Assembly: GCA_050010755.1 (NCBI GenBank)
Contig: JBEKKK010000001.1
Location: 416,001 to 480,000 of the forward strand
Direction: 5' to 3'
Length of the DNA: 64,000 nt
Source: Candidatus Bathyarchaeia archaeon
Lineage (GTDB): Archaea; Thermoproteota; Bathyarchaeia; Bathyarchaeales; Bathycorpusculaceae
Part shown: positions 49,682-59,366 of the stretch, in pieces
Layout: the number at the start of each line of letters is the position of its first letter
Numbering within the stretch: the first letter of the stretch is position 1
Notes under the pieces: model-generated
Told to the model about the DNA's origin: nothing
Database searches by the model: none
What the model saw: only the letters and a program-made list of their open reading frames with translations
Position numbers and translations under genes: made by a program

Positions 49682-52600
49682 CTATACGTGGTTTCCGAAC
49701 TGTCTGGCCACGAGTGCGATGTCTCTCATGTTGACTGTGCCGTCGCCGTTGATGTCTGCGTTGGGGTTCCAGTTGCTGGAGCCTGGCGTGGAACCGAAGG
49801 CTCTGGCGACTAACGCGATATCTTTCAGGTTGACTACTCCGTCGTCGTTGATATCGCCCATAAGTTTGATTGTGATGGTCTCGCCTGAGAGTGTGTTCGA
49901 GCCGGTAGGTATTGTTGCGACTGCTGTTAGCGTGTAGTTTTGGCAGGGGACGCCCTTGGTGTTCCATGTGAATGTGAACGTCAAACTTTTTCCTACGCCT
50001 AAGTACAGTGGGTACGTGTTCACGCTCTTGCCGCCTGTCACGTTATAGTACAGAGTGACTGATACGGCGGATTCGTTGAAACCTCCGACGTTCGTGACTG
50101 TGACGTTGATCGTGGGTGTCCCTCCCTGGTAAACCCATGTGGTGCTGGCTGTTATGTTCGTCACTATGACTTTGTGAGTCACGTAGTTGCCTGTTACGTT
50201 TCCGGAGGCAGTTATGGTGATTGAGGTTGATTGCAGAGTTGACAAGCCGGTTGTCGAGTTCCAGAAATACTGTTCGCCACCGCTCACGCCGACCGAGGGG
50301 GCATAAGAGAAATTGTGCACTGAGCCTGGCCCCCACCAGAAAGACAACGGAAGACTACTCCCACTATAGTTTAGGCCGTCAATTGTGACGACTGTGCCGT
50401 TAACGTCGCTCCCTAGGCCTGTTTGGTCGAAGGTGATCTGGCTGCTACCCGGCAGCATCAGGGGATAATGATCTGTGTTGTTCGTGTCGATCACATATGG
50501 CGTATCACCTATTCCGTCGCCTCCACTCAAGTTCTGAAACGGACCATGGTACGAGTCTGTTCCGCCGTAGTTACTCCAGTAGTTTCCGCCAGAAGGGTAA
50601 CCATCATCCCAAACACCCGCGGAATCAAAGCTGACAACCTGCTGAGCGTTGTCTACGAAGTCATTGTGGTAAAACCTGTTGTTTGAAGAATCAAGTGCTG
50701 AGATGCCAACAGCGTTCTCTGCCACGTTGTTTCCAGAAACGTCGCTATAGTTTGAATACCAAAGCCATATGCCATAGTCTACGCTGTTCGTCACATGGTT
50801 TCCAGAAATACTGCTGTTTGAACAAGAAAAAAGCCATATGCCAAACTCGTTGTTTGTGATGTTATTTCCATAAATATTGTTTCCTGAAGAATAGGTAGGG
50901 CTGATGCCCTCTTCATTGTTTGTTACGTTGTTTCCAGAAATGCTGATGTTTGAAGAATAGAAAAGTATTAGACCATACAAGTTGTTCGTTATGTTGTTTC
51001 CAGAAATGGTGCTACTGTTTGTTTCCCATAATTCTACGCCGTAATCTGTTTTCGAGAGGCAGAGACCTTCAACCGTTATGTTCTCACAATTGACAAGGAC
51101 AACCTCTCCCGCATCATTGCCTACGGTTAGGTCTGACGTGCTTTCAAGGTAGACGAGAGGCTTACCATTTACCGTATTGTTTTCGACAAAGCAAGGAATA
51201 GAGTCCATTACAAAAAGACCGCTACTAGTGAACGTGTTTCCAGAAATGCTCGTATAGTTTGAAGAGCCAACGAAGAGGCCACCCAGCTTGTTTGTTATGT
51301 TGTTTCCGGAAACGCTCGTATAGTCTGAATAGCCAAGCCAGATGCCATACCCGTCGTTTGTTATGTTGTTTCCGAAAATGCTGTTGCCTGAAGCCTTATC
51401 AAAAACGATCCCTCCGTTCGCATTGTTTGTTATGTTGTTTCCACAAATCGTGCAGTATGAAAAAATGCCGTATACAGTAGGATCACCAATAAAGACGCCA
51501 TTGCTGTTGTTTGTTATGTTGTTTCCGCTAACGGTGTCGCCGATAGAGTCTTCGAGATATATGCCACAGCCGAAACCTTGTATATTTGTGTTTTTGATTG
51601 TCACATCCCACATGTCTGATACGGCTATTCCGTTGCTAATCGCAATTTCATTTCCTTGAAGCATGTAGCCTCCTCCTTGAAGCGTGTAGCCTCCTCCGTC
51701 TAGAACTATGCTGTCTCTTTCAATCACAATTCCATCGGCATCGGCGCTGATGTTGCCAGTTAAAGTGTACGTGATGTTGTCTGCGGAATAGAGAGGAGCA
51801 TTTAACGGGCTTACGCTCCCGTCTGCGTTAATGCAAACGGTTCCCCCCTCGTACGGAACCCAAGGTTGCATGAGTGGGAAATAATCGGTATTGTTTGCAT
51901 CGATAACGTATGGTATGTCGCCTATCCCATCATGATTTGAGTCTGATCCAGTGTAATTGTCCCAGTAATTACCCTGTTTGCCGTTGTCCCAAGTGTTAGG
52001 GGTGTTTCCTTCAACGTAGGCGTGAATTAGAGTGTTGGCTATGAAATTGTTGTGGAATATCGTGTTGTTCGAGGAAAAGTGGATGTAGATTCCCACTGGG
52101 TTGTTAACTATGTTGTTTCCAGTGAAGGTGTTGCTGTAGGAGTATGGCGCAAGGTAGATGCCGTAGGTCCAAGGGAGCCCGTTATTGTCGGTGACGTTGT
52201 TTTCGTAGAATAGATTGTCATGAGAATCGTGGTCAACGTATAAGCCCTGAATATGGTTGCCCGTTACCTGATTGAGTGATATGGTGTTGAAGGCAGAGGA
52301 GGCGACCCAGATGCCGGAATCCTCAACATCGTTTGCGGCTATGTTGCCGGAAACGAGATTTTCGTCTGAATAGTAAAGGGTTATGCCCTCCCAGTTATTT
52401 CCTGTCAAGTTGTTATCCGTGACGGAACAGTTAGAGGAGTCGTACAGCCAGATTCCATAGTCAAAATCAGTGACTCCAACGTCTGTGATTGTCACATTTG
52501 TTCTCTGGGTCGCGTCGATTCCATGCCCACTGCCTGACCCGACGATTTCAAAGCCTGATCCATCAAAAACCATATTATCCCTCAGAATCACGATGGGAGA

Positions 52601-52795
52601 GGATGCATTCGAGGTCAGCCAGTAGGTCACATTATCCAAACTCGAAACGGGCGATCCCGCAGGGTAAATGCTTCCATCCGGTTCAATGTAGATGGTTCCA
52701 CCATCACCCTTGACTATTTGAACCCTAAAAGCCAATGTAAATGTGCTTATTACTAGCAAAAATAGCATTATTGCAGAAACAGCCTTCCTAAACAA
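49682..52795 (-). CDS. Secreted NosD/right-handed beta-helix repeat protein with CARDB and a C-terminal dockerin
   Basis: Many SGNNITNN..GI.L repeats, GNYW.Y.G.D..DGIGD.PY..D..N.D.YPL (twice), and a duplicated dockerin repeat GDINDDGVVNLKDI...ADINGDGTVNMRDI. Confidence 0.9.
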   Translation of the reverse strand: MFRKAVSAIMLFLLVISTFTLAFRVQIVKGDGGTIYIEPDGSIYPAGSPVSSLDNVTYWLTSNASSPIVILRDNMVFDGSGFEIVGSGSGHGIDATQRTNVTITDVGVTDFDYGIWLYDSSNCSVTDNNLTGNNWEGITLYYSDENLVSGNIAANDVEDSGIWVASSAFNTISLNQVTGNHIQGLYVDHDSHDNLFYENNVTDNNGLPWTYGIYLAPYSYSNTFTGNNIVNNPVGIYIHFSSNNTIFHNNFIANTLIHAYVEGNTPNTWDNGKQGNYWDNYTGSDSNHDGIGDIPYVIDANNTDYFPLMQPWVPYEGGTVCINADGSVSPLNAPLYSADNITYTLTGNISADADGIVIERDSIVLDGGGYTLQGGGYMLQGNEIAISNGIAVSDMWDVTIKNTNIQGFGCGIYLEDSIGDTVSGNNITNNSNGVFIGDPTVYGIFSYCTICGNNITNNANGGIVFDKASGNSIFGNNITNDGYGIWLGYSDYTSVSGNNITNKLGGLFVGSSNYTSISGNTFTSSGLFVMDSIPCFVENNTVNGKPLVYLESTSDLTVGNDAGEVVLVNCENITVEGLCLSKTDYGVELWETNSSTISGNNITNNLYGLILFYSSNISISGNNVTNNEEGISPTYSSGNNIYGNNITNNEFGIWLFSCSNSSISGNHVTNSVDYGIWLWYSNYSDVSGNNVAENAVGISALDSSNNRFYHNDFVDNAQQVVSFDSAGVWDDGYPSGGNYWSNYGGTDSYHGPFQNLSGGDGIGDTPYVIDTNNTDHYPLMLPGSSQITFDQTGLGSDVNGTVVTIDGLNYSGSSLPLSFWWGPGSVHNFSYAPSVGVSGGEQYFWNSTTGLSTLQSTSITITASGNVTGNYVTHKVIVTNITASTTWVYQGGTPTINVTVTNVGGFNESAVSVTLYYNVTGGKSVNTYPLYLGVGKSLTFTFTWNTKGVPCQNYTLTAVATIPTGSNTLSGETITIKLMGDINDDGVVNLKDIALVARAFGSTPGSSNWNPNADINGDGTVNMRDIALVARQFGNHV

Positions 52796-53019
52796 ACCAG
52801 CTCCCTCCCCAAGAATGGATCAACTTGCAGTGATAAAAGGTTTATGAAGGAAGATCCCCCTTCGATCCCCATCACATTTTCTTATCTCACATCGAGTTCT
52901 TCCAAAAGTTAATCAGGCCCTCCTTCTTCAGGATCCTACCCTACAAGATCCTAACCTATAAGCTCCCAAAAACCTGTGGGAGATCCTGCCTAGGGGAACC
53001 CCTTCTGCTGTGCGACACA

Positions 53020-53146
53020 TATTTCTGTACATCTTTCTCTCTTTGTCTTTCAATATATCTCGTGACGTATCTCGCGCGTGTGTGTATGTAAGTGAGTAAG
53101 AAGGAAAAGAAACAGGAGTAAGGCTTGGCGGGGTAAATTTTTATCC
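53020..53146. repeat. Low-complexity tract ending in GGGTAAATTTTTATCC
   Basis: Pyrimidine tract, GT repeats, purine tract, then the same terminal motif as at 4547-4562. Confidence 0.5.
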
Positions 53147-53187
53147 AAACCAAACCAACGCTCGCAACAAAAAAACCGCGCTCGGAA

Positions 53188-54306
53188 TCAGAGGGCAGCT
53201 TGCTTTGGTTTTTTTCTGGCTATTGCAATCACGAAAATCGTCATTGCCGTTATTGTCGTTGCCGCTGCGAAGAGTCCTATACTGCTATACTCAGGTATTG
53301 AGCTATTTGAAAATACCAGTGTGTTGGAGCTGCTGGCTGCGAAGATTTCGCCTTTGCCCGAGTCGTAGATCATGTCTCCGAGCCCTGCTGGAAGTTGTGC
53401 GACTATCGAGTTCGTGTTATCTGATATGACTGCGTTGCCGGCGAACACCATGCCTGTGCCCGAATCGTATGCTATTGTGGAGAAGGGGGTCGCTGTTACG
53501 CCGGTCACGTTTGCAATCACTGTGTCTGAAGTGTCGTTTATGACGGAAACTGTGTTGTCGCCCTCGTTGAATACAAACACTTCACTCTTGGCAGAATCAT
53601 AAGCGATGCCGTAAGGTGAGCTTCCCACGGTTACGTTTGCAACGACAGTGTTATTTGACACGGTGTTGGAGCCCTCGTTTGCCACGAAGATTTCACCCTT
53701 GCCCGAATCGTAAGCCAGGTCTCCACCAGAATTCCCAACTCCTCCTATACTTGCAAAGATGGTGTAGGTGCTGTCATTCATGACGTAGACAGTTCCGGAG
53801 CCGTATGAACCAGGATCAATTATGAATACCTCATTCTTGCCAGAATCGTAAGCCATCCTCGTTGGTTCATAAGGAAAGTTGTAAGCGCTATTGCCGAAAT
53901 CGCCAGCATTTATACCCGCGGCGACGGCGCTGTCGTTATTGTCCGATATGACCGCGAACACTGGAGGGCCAGCTTCATTGCTGCGCGCGTCGCCTGAAGC
54001 AGCGAATATCAAGCCCTTACCCGAGTCATACACCAACCCACCGTTATAACCGTACGCTTCTGTCGTGTACACACCACTCCCAACAACAGAGTTGTTGCTA
54101 TCCGACACCACCGAAACTACGGACCAATCACTGCCCCACTGCACGAACACTGCGCCCAAACCAGAATCATAAGCCATCTTGCCCGCAACACCAGATATCG
54201 TATAGGTCGGCGACAACGTCGAAGTCGCCCCCACGAGCCTCACTGCTGATAAGACAAAAACCGCAAGCAGCAAGAGACTTAACATTCTACAACCCTTAAA
54301 TTTCAT
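53188..54306 (-). CDS. YncE/YVTN beta-propeller surface protein with a PEF-like (IPEY) C-terminal anchor
   Basis: Repeated AYDSGKGE.FV.N.G.NTVSV; IPEY, a TM helix and RKKPK. Confidence 0.88.
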   Translation of the reverse strand: MKFKGCRMLSLLLLAVFVLSAVRLVGATSTLSPTYTISGVAGKMAYDSGLGAVFVQWGSDWSVVSVVSDSNNSVVGSGVYTTEAYGYNGGLVYDSGKGLIFAASGDARSNEAGPPVFAVISDNNDSAVAAGINAGDFGNSAYNFPYEPTRMAYDSGKNEVFIIDPGSYGSGTVYVMNDSTYTIFASIGGVGNSGGDLAYDSGKGEIFVANEGSNTVSNNTVVANVTVGSSPYGIAYDSAKSEVFVFNEGDNTVSVINDTSDTVIANVTGVTATPFSTIAYDSGTGMVFAGNAVISDNTNSIVAQLPAGLGDMIYDSGKGEIFAASSSNTLVFSNSSIPEYSSIGLFAAATTITAMTIFVIAIARKKPKQAAL

Positions 54307-54507
54307 AGATGATTTTCACCTTTCTCCTCTTCATAGCTGAAATGACCGAACCATGGAGTCAACCCACATTTATATAAAGTTTACCAAAATCCCTACGCGC
54401 ACAGAATGATACTATTTGCCAAAATCTTCATGCAGGCTCACTTGGGCTGGGACTAAAGTTCGATCCCTAAACCCAAACATGAAAAAACGGCAATAACGGG
54501 CCAAGCG

Positions 54508-54972
54508 TTGGAGAAGGCCCTTTACGATTACTCAAATTGTCTCACAAGGGGGAACAGCGATCAACGCCCCTGCATTATTACGGTAATTGGGTGTTCGGAA
54601 TTGAGTATTCTGTTGGCCTTCTTGCTAACTATCATATTTTTCATTCTGATTCTTGTGGCACACGAAAACGTTCGCGAAGCGGCCGAAAGAGCTGAAAAAG
54701 CTGAAGGTGGTGATTTTGAACTCAAGATGGGCAGGGCAAAGCTGTACGCATGTATCCAATTTTCGGTAGCAGCAGCATGCGTGTTATTCGTCTTTTTGGG
54801 CTACTATTTTGTCCCCGACCTCGGCTGGAACATCTTCCAAACCATTATTGACTTATTCTTTACGATTATGGGCCTCCGTAATGGGTTCATTTACACCTCT
54901 CGATACAAGCACTATCGCGACCAATTCCAAGGGCTCGAACCGCCACCGGACGAAGAATCCGACGAAAACTGA
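54508..54972 (+). CDS. Three-TM hypothetical membrane protein
   Basis: Three hydrophobic segments and an acidic PPPDEE tail; start uncertain. Confidence 0.55.
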   Translation: MEKALYDYSNCLTRGNSDQRPCIITVIGCSELSILLAFLLTIIFFILILVAHENVREAAERAEKAEGGDFELKMGRAKLYACIQFSVAAACVLFVFLGYYFVPDLGWNIFQTIIDLFFTIMGLRNGFIYTSRYKHYRDQFQGLEPPPDEESDEN

Positions 54973-55120
54973 CAAACTCACAATCCAACCCCAACCCTTC
55001 ACAGTCAAAACGTCGCAATCAGCACATCGCAGGACCCACACCCAAGAAAGCAGGTCAACCTAAACGCGCGCCAAGACAACAGGCACTTTTCGAATCACGC
55101 GTCACCCAACATGAAAAACC

Positions 55121-55180
55121 TACAAAGCAACATTACATTGCAACATCACATTAGATGTAAACAAAAAAAGGGGAGGGGTA
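55121..55180 (+). repeat. Copy A of the dispersed CAACATTACA / GATGTAAA / A7 / G-run element
   Basis: TACAAAGCAACATTACATTGCAACATCACATTAGATGTAAACAAAAAAAGGGGAGGGG. Confidence 0.7.
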
Positions 55181-55424
55181 GACCTGGCGACTCTTCATGT
55201 TCTTATACCCTCATCGCTGTCAAGAAACTCAAACCCAGGAGAAGGCTGCAGGCTGAAAGGTTATTTTGTGAGTTCGACAAGCCTAAATGTTCAGTTTACC
55301 TACATCCTAACTTGATAGCGCATCCAACTCGGGAAAGGTAAGCATGAGAAATATTCTGAACTCTATCTCAAAAGTCAGATTTGTGCTGCTTCTTGCGCTC
55401 GGGAAAGAAACGTTTTAGTTCAGT

Positions 55425-56405
55425 TTGACGCCATCAAGTGTGCAGAAGGCAATTCGCTTGGGCAAATATCTGGTTGTGGATAGAATCGAATTCGTCGTAA
55501 CCTATCTCTGCAACTCAAGATGTGCCCATTGTCAGCTTGCAGAAGAGAGAACAAGGAAACAACCAACCAGCATTGACAAGGAAAAATCTGTTGAGACAGT
55601 CAGGAAGGTAAGTCGGACGCGGGTTCCAAAGTCGATCATGACGTTCGGCGGGGAGCCTCTTCTCTATCCCGAAATCGTCTGCGCCATTCACAACAAAGCA
55701 GAGAAAGAGGGCATCCCCCTTCGAGAAATCATCACGAACGGACTCTGGGCAACAAAAACAGAAGAAATCGACGAAATCGCTCATAAACTCGCGAAATCCG
55801 GCGTTAACGTGGTTTCAATTTCGGTTGATTGCTTTCATCAGCAATTTGTTCCATTGAAGATTGTCAAGAGGGCTGCAGCATCGGCCGTTGAAGCAGGAAT
55901 CGAACGCGTATGCTGGAATCCCTGCTGGATCGTGTCCAAAAACCATGAAAACAAATACAACCGCAGAACCAAAACAATCCTGCAAGAGCTTCGCAAACTG
56001 AACGTTGAAGAGAGCGAAGGAAACAACGTCCAGCCCAGAGGCAGAGCCCTTTCATCCCTAACAGAATTCCTTCCACCCAGAACACCCGTGCCGAAGGGAA
56101 AATGCGGCGACACACCCTACACGGAACCGCTCGATCGGGTCAGGACAATTTCGATAGAACCAGACGGAAGAGTCACCGTCTGCGAAAACTTCCTCATCGG
56201 AAACGCCTTCACCCAAGACATCACCGACATCCTAGAAAACTACGATCCCCACAAAATTCCCGAAGCCAAAACAATACTCGAAAAAGGCATGCTGGGGCTC
56301 ATAGAATGGGCAAAAAGCAGAAATGTCGAACCAAAACCCGAAGGATACTGCAACATCTGCCACATGTGCACCGATCTTCGACAAAGAGCAAACACTGCAT
56401 CCTAA
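55425..56405 (+). CDS. Radical SAM protein with a C-terminal Cys cluster (SPASM/Twitch-like)
   Basis: CNSRCAHC, FGGEP, ITNG, ISVD..H, PDG.V..C, CNICHMC. Confidence 0.9.
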   Translation: MTPSSVQKAIRLGKYLVVDRIEFVVTYLCNSRCAHCQLAEERTRKQPTSIDKEKSVETVRKVSRTRVPKSIMTFGGEPLLYPEIVCAIHNKAEKEGIPLREIITNGLWATKTEEIDEIAHKLAKSGVNVVSISVDCFHQQFVPLKIVKRAAASAVEAGIERVCWNPCWIVSKNHENKYNRRTKTILQELRKLNVEESEGNNVQPRGRALSSLTEFLPPRTPVPKGKCGDTPYTEPLDRVRTISIEPDGRVTVCENFLIGNAFTQDITDILENYDPHKIPEAKTILEKGMLGLIEWAKSRNVEPKPEGYCNICHMCTDLRQRANTAS

Positions 56406-56555
56406 AATTCGAACACGCCAACCTAGCACCCTTTTCCATCGCGCGCCTGCCCCTCCTGTCCACATTAACGCGCGGGCTGATTGCTATAGCAAACTCTAAA
56501 AGGGAAAGAGCTTCAAAAATGGCTCATCGAATTAGGTATGAGGGGAACCAGAAGA

Positions 56556-56948
56556 ATGGAAGTTAGAGTTGTCTTCTTGGACGTCGTTGCGCTTCTGGTT
56601 TGGGCTTTTGGATGTCTCACATTTCTTGGGATGTATGGATTTCACATTCTCTTAAGCGGTTTCGGTGTCGTCTTCGGCCTGGTTTAATTCCGACTGACTC
56701 GTAAGTATTTAGCATTCGCCTTGCTAGCGACTATTGTCATTGTGTCACCTATTTTGTACCTTGCTCTCAGTTTTGGATTAGCAGGAGAAATGCAAAAATT
56801 CAGTTTCATGTATCCGCTTCTCCTCGCCCTCTTTGCGACTCGGATTGATCTTATTTCGAATTGGGAAAGAAAACAGAAAAAACAAATTTGGAATAGAGGA
56901 TTCTGGGCAGGTACCCTCTACGCATCTCCAGGACCAGAAAGAAAATGA
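56556..56948 (+). pseudogene. Membrane protein gene interrupted by an in-frame TAA (56685-56687)
   Basis: Hydrophobic frame MEVRVVFLD...FGLV*FRLTRKYLAFALL... is continuous with ORF 56721-56948. Confidence 0.5.
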
Positions 56949-57006
56949 TTCACTAACAAGCCCTTTTTTCGGAACACTGCACGATACATGGAAATTTACG
57001 CTTACA

Positions 57007-57240
57007 CATTACAAAGCAACATTACAACAGACGTAAAGAAAAAAAGGCGGGGGGGCACCGTTCACCATCAAAATCCGGCAACCACATTTAATATAAAAAC
57101 ATGACACAGAAGGCAAATCGCATTCAACACGCGTGCCAACCCTCACTTCTGATAACTTTCGGATCCAACATGGACACACATGTGGATCCATTACATCACA
57201 ACATTACATCTGATGTAAAGAAAAAAAGGCGGGGCCCCCG
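57007..57240 (+). repeat. Copies B (57007-57057) and C (57180-57240) of the dispersed element
   Basis: CATTACAAAGCAACATTACAACAGACGTAAAGAAAAAAAGGCGGGG and CATTACATCACAACATTACATCTGATGTAAAGAAAAAAAGGCGGGG. Confidence 0.75.
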
Positions 57241-57333
57241 CACGAGTCCCATTCTTGCAAGATGTCCGAACTTAAAACTCAAATACAAGCTCCACCCAAT
57301 CCAATAGTCTTCTCAAGATAAAGGTGAAAACTC

Positions 57334-58869
57334 ATGCCCAGAAACCTCATTTCAGATTATAACAGGCTCATGGAGAAAGCCAAAGAACTCGCCATTCTAA
57401 TGTCAGCAGAATCAATCGTCGGCTGGGACATGGAAACCATGATGCCTCCCAAGGGCATCAACCTCCGCAGCCAACAGCTCTCACTGCTCAGCGTAATCGA
57501 ACACAAGATGAGCACGGATCCAGAAATCGGAAAACTGCTCCAAAACATCAAACGAAGCCCACAACACGACAAACTCGACAATATGCAGAAGAGAAACATC
57601 CACCTCATCCAGAAACGCTACGACGAACAGACAAAGCTACCGGAAGAACTCGTCGCCGCCATCGCAAAACAGCAGGCCATAGCAATCGACACGTGGAAAA
57701 AGGCAAAAGCCGCCAAAAACTACCCGATGTTCAGGCCCGAACTCGAAAAACTCGTCGAATTCCAAAAGAAAGCTGCACACATCCTAATGAAAGCCAAACA
57801 AACAGCAACACCATACGACGCCATGATAGACATCTACGAACCCAAGATGACGGCTAAACAGATAACAAAAATCTTCAACGAACTCAGAACAGGACTAGTC
57901 AAACTCCTAAACAAATGCGAAACCGCACCCAACCAGCCAGACATGACCGTCTTGAAACACAAAGTACCCATACCTGTGCAATACAAAATCGCAGTGGCTC
58001 TAGCAGAAACCGTAGGCTACGACGTCACATCAAAACACGCAGGAGGCAGAATCGACCCAACCGAGCATCCGTTCACCACGGGATACTACGACGACGTCAG
58101 AATAACAACACACTACTATGAGAGCATGTTCGCATCCTCAATCTTCAGCGTCCTCCACGAAGCAGGACATGCTATATACGAACAAAACATAAAACAACAA
58201 TGGATGTACCAACCCATCGGCAACGCCGTCTCAAGCGGCTTCCACGAATCCCAATCCCGCTTCATCGAAAACATCATAGGCCGATCCAAAGCCTTCTGGA
58301 CCCACTTCCTACCAAAACTCAAACAAACCGCCAACCCCACCCTCTCAGACCTGAGCCTGGAAAAGTTCGTCCACGCCATAAACCAGGTCAAACCCTCAAA
58401 AATCCGCGTCGAAGCAGACGAAGTCACCTACTGCCTACACATAATCATAAGATTCAACATCGAACGCGACCTCTTCGCCGACAAAATAACCGTCAAAGAA
58501 CTACCCGAAATATGGAACCAAAAATACAAAGAATACCTAAACATAAAAATCGAAAACGACTCCGAAGGCCTAATGCAAGACACCCACTGGGCCAGCGGCC
58601 TATACGGATACTTCCCAACCTACGCACTCGGCAACATCTACGACGGACAACTACTCACAACAATGGAAAAAACCCTACCAGACTGGAAAAAACAAGTAGC
58701 CAAGGGAGACCTCAACCAAACAAGAACGTGGCTCACCAAAAACGTCCACAGCCAAGGAAACCTCTACGACCCAGCTGAGCTAATCAAAAAAATCACAGGA
58801 ACAGAAATAAACGTAAAACCCTACCTAAACTATCTCAACGAAAAATACTCACAACTCTACGACTTCTGA
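57334..58869 (+). CDS. Carboxypeptidase M32 (Taq-like)
   Basis: WD.ETMMP, HPF, DVRITT, HEAGHA.YEQ, HESQS, IRVEADE, QD.HW, GYFPTY.LG. Confidence 0.96.
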   Translation: MPRNLISDYNRLMEKAKELAILMSAESIVGWDMETMMPPKGINLRSQQLSLLSVIEHKMSTDPEIGKLLQNIKRSPQHDKLDNMQKRNIHLIQKRYDEQTKLPEELVAAIAKQQAIAIDTWKKAKAAKNYPMFRPELEKLVEFQKKAAHILMKAKQTATPYDAMIDIYEPKMTAKQITKIFNELRTGLVKLLNKCETAPNQPDMTVLKHKVPIPVQYKIAVALAETVGYDVTSKHAGGRIDPTEHPFTTGYYDDVRITTHYYESMFASSIFSVLHEAGHAIYEQNIKQQWMYQPIGNAVSSGFHESQSRFIENIIGRSKAFWTHFLPKLKQTANPTLSDLSLEKFVHAINQVKPSKIRVEADEVTYCLHIIIRFNIERDLFADKITVKELPEIWNQKYKEYLNIKIENDSEGLMQDTHWASGLYGYFPTYALGNIYDGQLLTTMEKTLPDWKKQVAKGDLNQTRTWLTKNVHSQGNLYDPAELIKKITGTEINVKPYLNYLNEKYSQLYDF

Positions 58870-59048
58870 TCAGACCCACCCCTCGCCGGAGACAAAAACA
58901 CCCTCAACAACACATAAGCGACGATCCCGCCGACAAACAAATAAACTCCAGCCCAACCCGCGACGCCAATATAAAAATTAGCCCCATACAAGAACAAGAC
59001 AACACCTAACACAACAACAAGAAGACAAGCAGGCCCCTCCCAATCCAC
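58857..59048 (-). CDS. Small two-TM membrane protein
   Basis: LG..LFLYGAN.Y...GW.G..L; GTG start with an upstream GGAG. Confidence 0.55.
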   Translation of the reverse strand: MDWEGPACLLVVVLGVVLFLYGANFYIGVAGWAGVYLFVGGIVAYVLLRVFLSPARGGSDQKS

Positions 59049-59325
59049 AAAACCAGCTCCACAAACCAGTTTTACCCCACTAACAACAACTCAAAGTATA
59101 TAGCCTTAACGATACCAAACCAGCATCCGCACAAAAACAGCAACCAAACAGCACAACAACCCAGCCATCCACGTACAACGCACAGGGCACGCATCAAGCA
59201 AAACCCAACTTGCCCAGCGCACCAACAGACACTGCCGCTAACATGCCGAAAACTTTACAACACTCAGCAACACTCGACACCTAAACGCCGAATCACCTAC
59301 ACATCTAACATTTTCTCGCGCACAC

Positions 59326-59342
59326 TCCGACAGTTTTAAATA
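59326..59342 (+). promoter_or_regulatory. TATA box for the HTH-fae-hps gene
   Basis: TTTTAAATA at 59334-59342, about 25-37 nt before GTG 59367 / ATG 59379; preceded by TCCGACA. Confidence 0.6.
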
Positions 59343-59366
59343 CCACTTACGAAAGCAAATAGCGGT

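Noticed and set aside
49449-49967. 172-aa ORF as a real gene
   Set aside because: The 5' half overlaps the dockerin gene out of frame; only the 3' part is the GNAT remnant
55121-57240. Interpretation of the A-tract/G-run elements as ORB replication-origin boxes
   Set aside because: They lack the TCCA-N-TGGA ORB core, and no cdc6/orc1 is in the window
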